Below are positions 1 to 10,103 of a stretch of DNA of 64,000 nucleotides, piece by piece. The translations under genes and the position numbers were made by a program. The stretch comes from Alkalispirochaeta sp. Lineage in GTDB: Bacteria > Spirochaetota > Spirochaetia > DSM-27196 > Alkalispirochaetaceae. Location: positions 1,792,001 through 1,856,000 of the forward strand of contig OZ271854.1 of NCBI GenBank assembly GCA_965601925.1, written 5' to 3'. The notes beneath the pieces were generated by a model. That model ran no database searches, had not been told where the DNA came from, and worked only from the letters and a program-made list of their open reading frames with translations. Position 1 is the stretch's first letter. The number at the start of each line of letters is the position of its first letter.

Positions 1-1285
1 CCGGTGCGGCGGCACTCAGTCCCGCCTTGTGTTTTTCAGTCTCCTCAGGAGGGGCGAATCGAACGGCAAACTCGACCTGACGTTCCGGTCCGGGTTTCGG
101 CGGCGTGCCTTCCGCGAGAACGTATCCGGTCAAATCGAAGTGCGCACCGTCGTAGAACTCCTTGATATCCGCACCGATCCGCTTGAAGTCGAGCCCTTTC
201 AGGTTGCTGCTTTTGATCGCTGAGCCCACCTCTTTCAGATTGAGGGGCTTTCCGCGTCCTTTTCCTTTGTGAATGTTGAGTACCGCTTGGAGTTTATCCG
301 GAGTAACGAAGATATCGAAGGAGGCGTCGCGGGAGAGCGTAATGGGGAGATGCACCGCTTCCCCGTCGGCGATCCGGCTCTCGATAAGGGCGGTCAGATC
401 GTCCTCTTCCATCAGCGACTCTTCGGGGTAGGGGAGTGCGATCGCCGCGTCTCTGATCGCTCTCGCCGACGGCATATCCGCGTCTTGATGCCCCGGCGTG
501 AGAGAGAGATAGCACGTCGCGTTGTCCCGGCTAAGCTCCACCGACCACCGGTGTACGGAAAAGGGAACGATATCCACCCAGTTGCGCCCGACGCGTAGAA
601 AGCCGTCGGCGCCGGCGACCAGATCGGCGCCCGTGCGTGTCACGTTGTCGCCGGGGTAGAAGCCGGGATCGGTCAGCTGTTTTACCGGGATCGTATGGCC
701 GAAGATGTCTCGACCGGGGATGCCCGTACGACGAGCCTCGACGCGTCCGATGACTCGTCCCGTCTCAACGAAGAACGTGCGTTCCACGGCCGGGTCGATG
801 TACACTTTCTCGCGACGCTTCACCGTCTCGGTCACCGTGATCGTCTCGGTCGTACTTTGGCGAAACGGCAACCGCCCCTTTTTTACGACTTGTTTTTCCC
901 TTTGAACTTTCTCCTGGACCTCGCGGTGTATCGTGGGGGACTGAGCCTTTTCGAGGACGCGATCCCTCACCGGGACGAGCTCCTCGGGCATTGCAAGCTC
1001 CTCGGACCACTCGACGCGGTCGGCCGTTGCGATTTGAGGCTCGACACCCTCTAAAACGATTTCACTATAGGCGCCCCCGTCCGCGACGGCTTTTTTGAAG
1101 AACGCCCCCAGTCGGTCCGGCGGCGGCAGAGTCCGGAGTCCGCGTTCGGTGAGCGCCGAGGCGAGACGCTCGGTATCCCACCTATCGCCGTCGTTACTCG
1201 ACTCGAAGGTCAGCGTAAGAGATACCGCGGGATCGGGAATGTCGACTTTCAGCACGCCTCTGACGTGGTTAGCCTGATCGGACAT
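1..1285 (-). CDS. DUF342/FapA-family (flagellar assembly protein A-like) protein, 5' part; runs off left edge
   Basis: Hand translation from ATG at 1285 (MSDQANHVRGVLKVDIPD...) is open to position 1. Contains 'GIPGRDIFGHTIPVK', 'ELSRDNATCYLSL', 'VTPDKLQAVLNI' and 'VLAEGTPPKPG', typical of DUF342. Not in the ORF track because there is no stop in the window. Confidence 0.7.
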   Translation of the reverse strand, partial: MSDQANHVRGVLKVDIPDPAVSLTLTFESSNDGDRWDTERLASALTERGLRTLPPPDRLGAFFKKAVADGGAYSEIVLEGVEPQIATADRVEWSEELAMPEELVPVRDRVLEKAQSPTIHREVQEKVQREKQVVKKGRLPFRQSTTETITVTETVKRREKVYIDPAVERTFFVETGRVIGRVEARRTGIPGRDIFGHTIPVKQLTDPGFYPGDNVTRTGADLVAGADGFLRVGRNWVDIVPFSVHRWSVELSRDNATCYLSLTPGHQDADMPSARAIRDAAIALPYPEESLMEEDDLTALIESRIADGEAVHLPITLSRDASFDIFVTPDKLQAVLNIHKGKGRGKPLNLKEVGSAIKSSNLKGLDFKRIGADIKEFYDGAHFDLTGYVLAEGTPPKPGPERQVEFAVRFAPPEETEKHKAGLSAAAP

Positions 1286-1326
1286 AACTCATGCACACCG
1301 TAACCAATTTTTACTACAATATTGCG

Positions 1327-2472
1327 TCAGCTTCCAAAACCTTTTTGCATTGCCGTCACAAGTTTCGATTTGTACAGGCTGTTTTGGCGCTTCAGCTGCA
1401 CAATTTCGTGATGTTGGCTCTTAATCGTCTCGATGAGATCGCCGGTCGACAGCGCCCCCGCGTTGAGGAGTTCTTCGATATAGCTCAGTCTGCTATCGAA
1501 GTCCTGTGCCGCTTCCGAGCCCGCCGCATCAAAGGAATCGTCGATCGCCTCGATATCGATGAAGGTCTCATCATCCTCCCCGCCGAGCGATGCCACCTTG
1601 TCGGCGATACGATAGATCGCCTGGGACAAGATCGACGACGGTTTGTAGCGGACGATCGGCAGACGCGCGGTGAGCGCCGTATCCTGCAAGCTGTCCCGAT
1701 AGATGATCCCCATGTGGAGAAGGTCGAGATCGAGGTACTGTTGTGTGCTTCTCCGCAAGCGGTTGACCGTCTCGGCGTCCTGCGGGTCGTCGAGCATGTT
1801 GAGGATCAAGCGGGGATGAAAGCGCTGCATCGTCGTGCGATACGTCTGTGCCGCCTCTCCGTCGCACGAGGCGAGCCCCTCTACGATCTCAGGAATGTAA
1901 ATCCGCTGCAAGTTGCTGCGATTTTTCAGCAAGTTCTTGAGATACTCTTCTCCGGGGGTCTTCGATTTCACTGAGCGTTGAAGAATGCGAAATACGACGT
2001 TCTTCAGAAAAAGGTACGCGTTAACAGTCGCGGTCGGCGTCGGCGTCGTGACGATGATGCCCTGTCCCGATATCAGAAAAAAATCGAGGATATTTTGGGT
2101 CGTACCCGCGCCGAGATCGAGGATGAGATAGTCGGCGTCGATCGACGTCAGACGGCGGATCAGCATTCGTTTTTGCGCCGCGCTCAGGTTTGCCAAGCCC
2201 GGAATCTCGGCGTCACCGGGAATAAACCGTAGATTGGGAATGTCGGTTGCGTTGATGATAGTGCTGAAGTCCTCGCCTTTGCGGCCGAGGAAACTTCCGA
2301 TCGACGGACCGTTGACGCGCGAACCCAAGATAAGGTGGAGGTTGGAGGCTCCGAGATCGAGATCGGCCAACACGACGCGATGGCCCGCTTGTGCTAAGGC
2401 GATGGCGAGGTTGGCCGCCACCAGGGATTTCCCGACGCCGCCTTTACCGCTCGCAATGGGCACGATCTGCAT
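1327..2472 (-). CDS. MinD/FlhG/ParA-family P-loop ATPase with C-terminal coiled-coil
   Basis: 'IASGKGGVGKS' deviant Walker A, 'LADLDLG', 'ILDLGAG'. Start moved to ATG 2472 (MQIVPIAS), with GGAG upstream. Confidence 0.85.
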   Translation of the reverse strand: MQIVPIASGKGGVGKSLVAANLAIALAQAGHRVVLADLDLGASNLHLILGSRVNGPSIGSFLGRKGEDFSTIINATDIPNLRFIPGDAEIPGLANLSAAQKRMLIRRLTSIDADYLILDLGAGTTQNILDFFLISGQGIIVTTPTPTATVNAYLFLKNVVFRILQRSVKSKTPGEEYLKNLLKNRSNLQRIYIPEIVEGLASCDGEAAQTYRTTMQRFHPRLILNMLDDPQDAETVNRLRRSTQQYLDLDLLHMGIIYRDSLQDTALTARLPIVRYKPSSILSQAIYRIADKVASLGGEDDETFIDIEAIDDSFDAAGSEAAQDFDSRLSYIEELLNAGALSTGDLIETIKSQHHEIVQLKRQNSLYKSKLVTAMQKGFGS

Positions 2473-2666
2473 TGATACTACTCCAGTTATTCGATATTTT
2501 TCCGATTGCAATGAAACCGAATGCGGGTTCAACATGACTCGCGGAACATCCTGACACCCTCATATAATAACAGAAACAAAACACTGAGACATCGTCTCCA
2601 TGAGATATCGGGGGGCGAGGTTGTGTATATTCAAGGTTGTGTATATTAATGGATACAGGAGGCCAC

Positions 2667-4058
2667 ATGAATCGACCGAAGAGTTCCGCCAGGCCGATAC
2701 TCTGGATCGGCATATCGGCGGTCTTTGCCGCGCTCATACTCATTTTAGCCGCCGCTCCCACCGCCGAAGCGCAGGGATCACAGGGCGAGTCTGAGCGGGC
2801 ACTCGGCCTTTTTGAGCAGGTATACCGTTTCATTCAGCGTAACTACGTAGATGAAGTAGACCCGGAGGTCCTCATAGAGGGCGCGCTTCAGGGAATGTTC
2901 GAGGCTCTCGACGATCCCCATTCGGCGTACCTTGATATGGAAGAGATGCGCGGGCTCACCGACACGACGAGCGGAGAGTTCGGCGGCGTCGGTATGTACA
3001 TCAGTAAGCCGGCCGGCGAGGCGGGTTTGGGTTCGTTTATCGAGATCGTCTCACCGATCGAGGACACCCCGGCGTATCGAGCCGGTATACGCTCCGGCGA
3101 TAGGATCATGGAGGTTGAAGGTACCTCCACCGCCGATTTATCGAGCGACGAGGTCGTTGATTTGTTGCGCGGGCGCCCCGGCACCGAGGTGCTCCTCACG
3201 ATCCTTCGCGGTGAAGACGTAGCGTTTCCCGTGACGCTGGAGCGCGCGATCATACGTGTACCCACCGTCAAGTGGGCTATGATCGACGACGGCATCGCAT
3301 TTCTACGGGTAATCCAGTTTACGCCGTTCACCGACGACAGAATCCGCGACGCGATTGCCGAGTTCGATGAGGCGGGATACGAGTCCATGATCATCGATCT
3401 GCGTTCCAATCCCGGTGGACTCTTGAGCGGTGTGGTCGACGTGGCGAGTATGTTCTTCGACGGCGGTCTCGTCGTTGAAACGCGCGGGCGCATCGCGAGC
3501 GAGAATCAGCGCTTTTCCGCCGCCTCGGGACAACTCGTCCCCGACGATATCGAGATAGCGGTACTCATCGACGATGGGTCGGCTTCCGCCGCCGAGATTC
3601 TCGCCGCGGCACTCAAGGATCGCGATCGCGCCACGTTGATCGGGCAGACGAGTTACGGAAAGGGCTCCGTCCAACAGGTCAGGACGGTCGGCACGGCCGG
3701 GTTTCGTCTCACCATGGCGCGATACTTCACGCCTCGGGGCACAAACATCGATGAGATCGGCGTCGAGCCGGATATCTTCGTTGAGGAACCGGAGCTCGAC
3801 GAGACGGAACAGGAATCGTACGTACGTCTGCGCGAAGAGGAGCGCGTGATCAATTTCATCGATCGCGTCGGCGAGCCCTCCGAAGATCAGCTGCGAGGGT
3901 TCATCGGCGAGCTGTCGGCGGACGGCATCTCCCTCAACGAGCGATATGTTCGTCGACTCGTTCGCATAGAGGTAAATCGCGTACTCAATCGCAGCGAGGT
4001 ATTTGATCTCGACTACGACATTGCCCTCCGGCGCGCGGTTGAGTTCTTGAGAAACTGA
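2667..4058 (+). CDS. ctpA: S41 carboxyl-terminal processing protease (PDZ + S41)
   Basis: 'LDDPHS', PDZ 'FGGVG', 'IDLRSNPGG', 'SASAAEI', 'YGKGSVQ'. AGGAGG RBS before ATG 2667. Confidence 0.92.
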   Translation: MNRPKSSARPILWIGISAVFAALILILAAAPTAEAQGSQGESERALGLFEQVYRFIQRNYVDEVDPEVLIEGALQGMFEALDDPHSAYLDMEEMRGLTDTTSGEFGGVGMYISKPAGEAGLGSFIEIVSPIEDTPAYRAGIRSGDRIMEVEGTSTADLSSDEVVDLLRGRPGTEVLLTILRGEDVAFPVTLERAIIRVPTVKWAMIDDGIAFLRVIQFTPFTDDRIRDAIAEFDEAGYESMIIDLRSNPGGLLSGVVDVASMFFDGGLVVETRGRIASENQRFSAASGQLVPDDIEIAVLIDDGSASAAEILAAALKDRDRATLIGQTSYGKGSVQQVRTVGTAGFRLTMARYFTPRGTNIDEIGVEPDIFVEEPELDETEQESYVRLREEERVINFIDRVGEPSEDQLRGFIGELSADGISLNERYVRRLVRIEVNRVLNRSEVFDLDYDIALRRAVEFLRN

Positions 4059-4068
4059 ACGTTAGCCG

Positions 4069-4851
4069 GTGAAGCAACTGGTCGTCGACGTCCTGCCTCC
4101 CGCGGGAGGGCGGATCCGTCTGAGCGCTGAGCAGAGTCGGTATCTGGTGCGCGTTCGTCGGATGGTCGTCGGGAACGAGCTTCCGTGCACGGACGGTCGA
4201 GGTACGGCGGGAACGGCGCGTATCGTCGCGGTCGATGGAGAACGATCGGCGGAAGTTACGATAGAAGTCGTCGACTCATCCCCGCGCGAGACGGTCGAGA
4301 CGTACGCGCCCCGTTCTACGCTCTACACCGCCCTACTCAAGGGGAAGAAGACCGACCTCGCAATCCGACAGGCGACGGAGCTCGGTATCGATCGGATCGT
4401 GCCGTTTTTAACCGAACATTGCGTCAGCAGGCCCGGTCCGGACGATCTCCGGCGTAAAGGGCGGCGGTGGGAAGAGATCGCCCGCGAAGCGACGCAACAG
4501 TCCGGACGCGTCCACGTGCCGGAGATCGCGATGGGCGAACCCTTCGCGCGTCTCGCCGAGCCTCGTCCGATGCACACACTCTCATTGGTGTTTTATGAGA
4601 GGGCCTCGGCGGTCGTCGGCCTCGCTACGCTTCCTGCGATACCCAATCTCGAGTCGATAGAAGCGTTGGTCGGGCCGGAAGGGGGCCTGTCCGCCCGTGA
4701 GGTAGAGATGCTGTCGGCTGCGGGATGGATCGCGGTACGCATGCCCGTTCCGATTCTACGCGCCGAAACTGCCGTCGTGGCGGCCGCAACACTTGTGCAG
4801 CACCTTCGAAGCGAATACACTGCGCGCTGTTTAGGAGATCAATCTCTATGA
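4069..4851 (+). CDS. rsmE: 16S rRNA m3U1498 methyltransferase
   Basis: 'ATELGIDRIVP', 'EATQQSGR', 'VGPEGGLS', 'ILRAETA' SPOUT motifs. Confidence 0.92.
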   Translation: MKQLVVDVLPPAGGRIRLSAEQSRYLVRVRRMVVGNELPCTDGRGTAGTARIVAVDGERSAEVTIEVVDSSPRETVETYAPRSTLYTALLKGKKTDLAIRQATELGIDRIVPFLTEHCVSRPGPDDLRRKGRRWEEIAREATQQSGRVHVPEIAMGEPFARLAEPRPMHTLSLVFYERASAVVGLATLPAIPNLESIEALVGPEGGLSAREVEMLSAAGWIAVRMPVPILRAETAVVAAATLVQHLRSEYTARCLGDQSL

Positions 4852-5549
4852 CACGCGCAAACCAGCTTTTTTTTGGAGTACCCGTCGTCGAGGAGAGTCC
4901 CGACTCGCTGGCCGATTCTTGGGGCCGGGGACGAGAACACTTTTCCATCCTGGTATTTACCAATCTTCCGCTCCTGTGGCGCCTCGTTCGATCACGCTCG
5001 ACGAAACGTTTCCTCGCGGCGTGCAACGGCCGGATCGTACCGTCATCTTCGGCCGCCGGACGACAGGTGCGCCTCGCAACCGGCCGCCGCGTCGGCGCGT
5101 TTCCCGAGTTGCAGAGCTTGGTCAGAATCATGGCTCGTGTTGAGGCGGACAAGGCGGCGATTTACCTCGTAGGACGAGCGCCGGACGATCTCCAACGCAT
5201 GGAGCAGAACGTACGCGCGACATTTCCCTCGGCGCGTATCGTGGGACGGGTCGTCTTTCACCCCGCAAATCTCGAGTCGATCACGACGGCGATCCGCAAG
5301 GCGGCTCCGCGAATCGTCGTGGCAAGCCTCGACTCGCCGCGCCTGTTTTCGTGGTTGAGGGCGCACGCTCGCGATCTGGGCGCGGTGTTGTGCGTCATCG
5401 CTCCCCGCGCCACTGCGCGCATGGCCGGCAGAAACCCGACTCCGCGCCTCGATCAGATTCTCATGTCTCCGGGGCGCGTACTCGTTGCTCCGGTTTTGCT
5501 CGTTCATCGTCTGGTGATCAGTCGTCGGATGAAAAGACAGACAGCTTGA
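4848..5549 (+). CDS. WecB/TagA/CpsF-like glycosyltransferase, divergent
   Basis: ATGA overlap with rsmE. 'AIYLVG...NVRATFPSARIVG' and 'IRKAAPRIVV' resemble the TagA/WecG fold, but the usual G-x-P-x-Q-E motif is not evident. Confidence 0.55.
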   Translation: MTRANQLFFGVPVVEESPDSLADSWGRGREHFSILVFTNLPLLWRLVRSRSTKRFLAACNGRIVPSSSAAGRQVRLATGRRVGAFPELQSLVRIMARVEADKAAIYLVGRAPDDLQRMEQNVRATFPSARIVGRVVFHPANLESITTAIRKAAPRIVVASLDSPRLFSWLRAHARDLGAVLCVIAPRATARMAGRNPTPRLDQILMSPGRVLVAPVLLVHRLVISRRMKRQTA

Positions 5550-5976
5550 GATACTCATAGACCACCGGTAGACGCTCCCGGTGGCGGCGTACGAATACCG
5601 CTGCACAGACCTGTCTACCGGGCGGAAGATACAAGAGAATGCCGATAGCGTCGCTCGCAAAGCCGGGTAATACCAACAGCGTCGCGGCCGCGACAAGTGC
5701 CGCGAGTTCAGCGTATCCCGACGGACGATACGCGCCGCTACGCGCCTCGTTTCGCAGTTGCCGTATCTGTTTTCCTATTGAGCTTCCGACAATCACGATA
5801 GCGGCGATCGCCACGATCCCCTCTGTCGCCAGAGCCAGATAGACCCCGGATTGTCGCGCCAGGCGTACCAAGAGCCACCCGTCGAGTAACATGACCAGTC
5901 CGAGCGCGAGTACGTCGGAGAAGAATCGAACGAGGTGTCTACGACTGGTAAACAACACCAACCACTCGGGATTCAC
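5518..5976 (-). CDS. fxsA: FxsA-family membrane protein
   Basis: Hydrophobic 152 aa protein with 'LLVLPGFASDAIGILLYLPP', the FxsA signature. Confidence 0.8.
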   Translation of the reverse strand: MNPEWLVLFTSRRHLVRFFSDVLALGLVMLLDGWLLVRLARQSGVYLALATEGIVAIAAIVIVGSSIGKQIRQLRNEARSGAYRPSGYAELAALVAAATLLVLPGFASDAIGILLYLPPGRQVCAAVFVRRHRERLPVVYEYLKLSVFSSDD

Positions 5977-6088
5977 CGTAATATCTCCGGCTACACTCTA
6001 TTATCTCCGTCTCATACTGAAAATAGGAAAGAATCCGGAAAGCAGGTTGACACCAAAAAAGAATTTCAGAAAGATATAACAAAGATTA

Positions 6089-7312
6089 TTGGAAAAAGAA
6101 TTTGTGATTGTTCTACTTTCGGAAAAGGGCGATCTTCGTGATGTTATCCATGTTGCGTTACGCGGTTCATTTTCCATTCGGCAGGAGCGGGAGCCGAGCC
6201 GGTGTTTGCGGTGGATTCACTCATCGGAGGAGACCGTCGTTGCCATCGTTATCGATTTTCGCAGTCGAGATACCGAAAGTTTCGATCTGGTTGACAACTT
6301 CGGACGGCGAGCTCCCGAAGTACCGGTCTTTGTGGTCCTCAATCGCGATGAGGCCGACCACCTCGTGGACTTGGTTCAACGAGGCGCCGCCGGGTGGCTG
6401 CCCACTCCCTTGAGCAGCATCGACGCTCGACAGCGACTACTCGATGTTCTCGGGAATCGGGAGCGTCTGGTCGAGCCCGCCTATGAGATGACCTCCGCCC
6501 TTGCCACCCTCGTTGGCGAAAGCCCGGAAATGTCTCGAGTCCGGGATATGATCGTACGCGCGGCGGCCACGTCCGAGGCGGTGCTCGTACTCGGCGAAAC
6601 CGGCGTCGGAAAAGAGTTGGTCGCCAACGCCATTCACGACGTATCGCCTCGTCGGAAGGGGCCGTTCGTCTCCTCAAACGTCACGGCGATCGCCTCCGAT
6701 TTGTTTGAATCCGAGTTATTCGGTTCTCGGCGCGGAGCGTACACCGGCGCGACCGACAAGAAGGGCCTCTTTGAACAGAGCGATCAGGGCAGCATTTTCC
6801 TCGATGAGATCGGCGACCTATCCGCCTCGCTGCAGCCGAAGTTGCTCAGAGCGGTCGAGTACGGGCGTATCAGGCCGCTCGGGGCGGAGACCGAGAAGGC
6901 CGTGGACGTACGACTCATTTCAGCGACCAATAGAAATCTGCAAACGATGCTGCGATCCGGTACGTTCCGCCACGATCTGTGGTATCGCGTATCGAGTATC
7001 ATCGTTCGCGTACCGCCCCTGCGCGAGCGGTTGGACGATGTGCCTGCGCTGGCGCGGGCGATTCTTTCGGCAAAGGGTTACGGGGGTGTACGACTTACCT
7101 ACGCGGCGCTCAGACTCCTCAAAGAACATCACTGGCCCGGAAACGTCCGAGAGCTTCGCACCACACTCGTGAGGTCGGTCGTTATGTCGGGACGAATATT
7201 ACTGCGCAGCCGAGATATTCTTCTCGATCAGCAGTACCTCGACTTCGGCTTCGGCGATTCAGCGAATTGGGCGAATATCAAACGCCTGGAGAACGGGAAT
7301 CAGATCTCCTGA
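6089..7312 (+). CDS. Sigma54-dependent activator (atypical receiver + AAA+; no C-terminal HTH)
   Basis: 'GETGVGKE', 'ESELFG', 'GAYTGA', 'FLDEI', 'WPGNVREL'. Confidence 0.88.
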   Translation: MEKEFVIVLLSEKGDLRDVIHVALRGSFSIRQEREPSRCLRWIHSSEETVVAIVIDFRSRDTESFDLVDNFGRRAPEVPVFVVLNRDEADHLVDLVQRGAAGWLPTPLSSIDARQRLLDVLGNRERLVEPAYEMTSALATLVGESPEMSRVRDMIVRAAATSEAVLVLGETGVGKELVANAIHDVSPRRKGPFVSSNVTAIASDLFESELFGSRRGAYTGATDKKGLFEQSDQGSIFLDEIGDLSASLQPKLLRAVEYGRIRPLGAETEKAVDVRLISATNRNLQTMLRSGTFRHDLWYRVSSIIVRVPPLRERLDDVPALARAILSAKGYGGVRLTYAALRLLKEHHWPGNVRELRTTLVRSVVMSGRILLRSRDILLDQQYLDFGFGDSANWANIKRLENGNQIS

Positions 7313-7762
7313 CCCGTCTTCGGCGAGACTGATGAGCCGGCCGGCGACCAGAACGCGATCGTTTCTGACGATCAGACGCGGCGCCGGATCTCGCGGTGCC
7401 CGTTCCGCTACGCGGCCGTCGAAGATCGGGTCGTCGAGAATCACGACGGTACGATGCATTTCGACCGATTCAACACCGCTCCATGTCCCGCCGACGAGCT
7501 CCAGTTCGACATAGAAATCGGTGGGATCCTCCGAGAAGACGGTGATCGACGAGGCGATCCCGTCAATGACCAACACTCGCTGTGCCAGCTCATCGAGCGC
7601 GTCGAGATTCGATACGGCTCCGGCGAGATCGGCCAAAGAGGTACCGAGATCCACCGACCGCCGAAACGCAGCGGAATCGACGGTTGAAATTGCGACGCTT
7701 TGGGCCGCAAGCGAGCCGCTGATGAGAGCACCGAATACACACAACCACGTCACACGTTTCAT
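7259..7762 (-). CDS. Hypothetical exported protein
   Basis: Signal peptide (MKRVTWLCVFGALISGSLAA-Q). TATACT lies 6 nt upstream of the ATG. Confidence 0.65.
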   Translation of the reverse strand: MKRVTWLCVFGALISGSLAAQSVAISTVDSAAFRRSVDLGTSLADLAGAVSNLDALDELAQRVLVIDGIASSITVFSEDPTDFYVELELVGGTWSGVESVEMHRTVVILDDPIFDGRVAERAPRDPAPRLIVRNDRVLVAGRLISLAEDGSGDLIPVLQAFDIRPIR

Positions 7763-7814
7763 ATTCGCAGTATAGGTTGCTCAGGAGACGAATACAACGG
7801 TAATGTAGGGCGGA

Positions 7815-8573
7815 ATGGGCCTTCTGAATCGCCTCGACGTGCAAACTACCAAGTTGCACAACCACCGTGCGTTGATCATCGGCGGCAGCGGCGGCATCGG
7901 CCGCGCCGTGACGTACAGTCTCGCCTCGCAGGGCGCGTCGGTGATTTGCCACGGCGGCAACGACCGCGCGCGTCTCGACCGGATTGTGGAGTACGTTCGG
8001 CAACGGGGCGGAAAGGCGCGCGGGTTGTTCGCTCCCTTGGTCCGTGCCGCCGATATTCTTACGTATCTGGACGACCTCGGCGAGCCCAGCATCTTGGTGG
8101 TCGCTTTGGGTCCCATCGTCTATGCACCGATCGAACACACCAGCGAAGAACAGTGGACTCAAATCGTGGAGCTTAATCTCGTCCTACCGGGCTTGTTACT
8201 CTCGCGATATCTTCCCGCGATGATAAAACGGGGCTGGGGGCGGATCGTCTTGTTCGGCGGACCGTACGCCGACCAGTCTCGCGGCTTCACGAAGATCGCC
8301 GCCTACGGCGCGGCAAAGGCGGGATTGGTTAGCTTGTGTAAATCAGCCGCTCGACAAACGAAGGGTCAGAACGTCTCAGTGAACCTCATCGCTCCCGGGT
8401 TCGTCGATACCGAGTATTTGAGCGCCGAAGAGCGCGAGTACGGCACTCGACGCTCTCCCCGCGGGGCGATGATACCGCCGGAACGTATCGCAAGGGTTGT
8501 GAATCACCTGATTTTGGCCGAAGAACCGGATATGAACGGCGCCATTATCGCAATAGATCAGGGTATGGGATAA
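7815..8573 (+). CDS. SDR-family oxidoreductase
   Basis: 'IIGGSGGIG' Rossmann motif, 'YGAAK' catalytic motif, 'VNLIAPGFVDT'. Confidence 0.9.
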   Translation: MGLLNRLDVQTTKLHNHRALIIGGSGGIGRAVTYSLASQGASVICHGGNDRARLDRIVEYVRQRGGKARGLFAPLVRAADILTYLDDLGEPSILVVALGPIVYAPIEHTSEEQWTQIVELNLVLPGLLLSRYLPAMIKRGWGRIVLFGGPYADQSRGFTKIAAYGAAKAGLVSLCKSAARQTKGQNVSVNLIAPGFVDTEYLSAEEREYGTRRSPRGAMIPPERIARVVNHLILAEEPDMNGAIIAIDQGMG

Positions 8574-8584
8574 TCGTGAGCGGT

Positions 8585-8613
8585 TTGACAATTTTTCGAC
8601 CGGCATCTAATAT
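8585..8613 (+). promoter_or_regulatory. Sigma70-type promoter for the STAS gene
   Basis: TTGACA (8585-8590), 17 nt, TAATAT (8608-8613). Confidence 0.6.
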
Positions 8614-8641
8614 GATTTCAACCTGAGGAAGAGCGGGCTGT

Positions 8642-9196
8642 ATGAGCAATAACGATATCGTATCGGGCTTTGACGAAGAAAAAGACGAAAGTTTAAAAAT
8701 TAGACTGCAGAAAATTAATAATGTTGAAAATTGTCTCGTTCTGTATCTTACCGGTTACATAGATACGTACAATTCAAACTTTTTTCAAAAACGTGTTAAT
8801 CGCGCGGTCGAGGCCGGGTTTACGCGGCTCATTTTTCATTGCAGCGGATTGAATTACGTTTCCAGTACCGGCATCGGCTCTTTTACCGCATTCCTCAAAG
8901 CCGTTAAGCCGAAGGGCGGTGATCTCGTACTGCTTGAGATTCAACCCAAGGTGTATGAAGTTTTTCAGCTGCTCGGTTTCTCCCAGTTCTTTCACATCAA
9001 GGACTCTCTCGATGACGCCGTCGAGCATTTCAACAAAGGCGGCCAAATGCAGCAGTCCTCCGATGTGTTTCCCAAGATATTCAAGTGCCCGATATGTTCG
9101 ACCAAGCTCAAGGCGTCCAAGCCGGGCCGCTTCCGATGTTCCAACTGTAAAACGATACTCGCGATTGACGCCGGAGGGCAGGTCTTCTTAGGTTGA
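8642..9196 (+). CDS. STAS anti-sigma-factor antagonist with C-terminal zinc ribbon
   Basis: 'GYIDTYNS', 'LNYVSSTGIG' phospho-Ser motif; C-terminal CPIC...CSNC. Confidence 0.88.
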   Translation: MSNNDIVSGFDEEKDESLKIRLQKINNVENCLVLYLTGYIDTYNSNFFQKRVNRAVEAGFTRLIFHCSGLNYVSSTGIGSFTAFLKAVKPKGGDLVLLEIQPKVYEVFQLLGFSQFFHIKDSLDDAVEHFNKGGQMQQSSDVFPKIFKCPICSTKLKASKPGRFRCSNCKTILAIDAGGQVFLG

Positions 9197-9328
9197 TGTC
9201 GGCCGTCGCGAATACGGTCGATATACGGCGTGGTCGCGTGGTGACACGCGGCGAATGCGACGATAGTCTCGGTGATATCGCGCCTCGACACACCCATTTT
9301 TTCGCCAAACACCGGCGCGGAGGTATCC

Positions 9329-10099
9329 ATGGGAATGTTTGAACGTCTCCGACGTCTGATCCGCTCGAACGTTAATGAAATGGTTCGCAAAGCGGAGGAT
9401 CCCGAGAAGATGCTCAACCAATTGATCCTCGACATGAACAAGCAGTTGGTAGAGGCCAAGAAGAACGTTGCTACGGCGATTTCCGAAGAGAAGCGGCTGG
9501 GACGGCAAGTCGACGGGCAACGGGAGAAGGCGCTTGAATGGGAGCGCAAAGCGATGGTCGCCCTCAAAGCCGGCAGAGAGGATCTCGCACGCGAGGCGTT
9601 GCAGAGAAAGAGCCGTGAGGACCAGTACGTTAACCAACTTCAACAGCAGTACGACAAGCAACACGAGGCGGTAGAAAACCTCAAGCATTCATTGCGGGAA
9701 CTACAGGATCGTATCGAAGAGGCGCAGCGGCGTAAGAATTTATTGGTGGCTCGTGCCAAGCGTGCGGAAGCGCAAAAGAAGATTCAGGAGATCATTACCG
9801 GCTTGGGCGATACGTCCGCCTTCGACGCCTTCGACGAGATGGCGCAACGCGTCGAGCAGCTCGAGGTCGAGACCGAGGCGCTGGCGGAAATCGAGTCGAA
9901 CTCCGGCGACGAGAGTCTCGAAGCGCAGATCAGCGCCCTTGAGCAACCGGACGGTGATGTCATGCTCGAGGATCTCAGACGAAAGATCGAGATTGAGGAT
10001 CAACGATCGGCCACCGATCGAGCATCGACGCCCGGCGCAGATCCCGATGTCGATGCATCTCTCGAGGAGTTGAAGAAGAAGCTCAGTTCCGGTCAGTAG
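9329..10099 (+). CDS. pspA: PspA/IM30 family protein
   Basis: 'MGMFERLRRLIRSNVN...AEDPEKML.Q', coiled-coil, 'GREDLAREAL'. GGAGG RBS before ATG 9329. Confidence 0.92.
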   Translation: MGMFERLRRLIRSNVNEMVRKAEDPEKMLNQLILDMNKQLVEAKKNVATAISEEKRLGRQVDGQREKALEWERKAMVALKAGREDLAREALQRKSREDQYVNQLQQQYDKQHEAVENLKHSLRELQDRIEEAQRRKNLLVARAKRAEAQKKIQEIITGLGDTSAFDAFDEMAQRVEQLEVETEALAEIESNSGDESLEAQISALEQPDGDVMLEDLRRKIEIEDQRSATDRASTPGADPDVDASLEELKKKLSSGQ

Positions 10100-10103
10100 G
10101 GCG

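Noticed and set aside
9197..9328. Sigma54 promoter upstream of pspA
   Set aside because: TGACAC...TGC lacks the invariant GG and the correct GG-N10-GC spacing.
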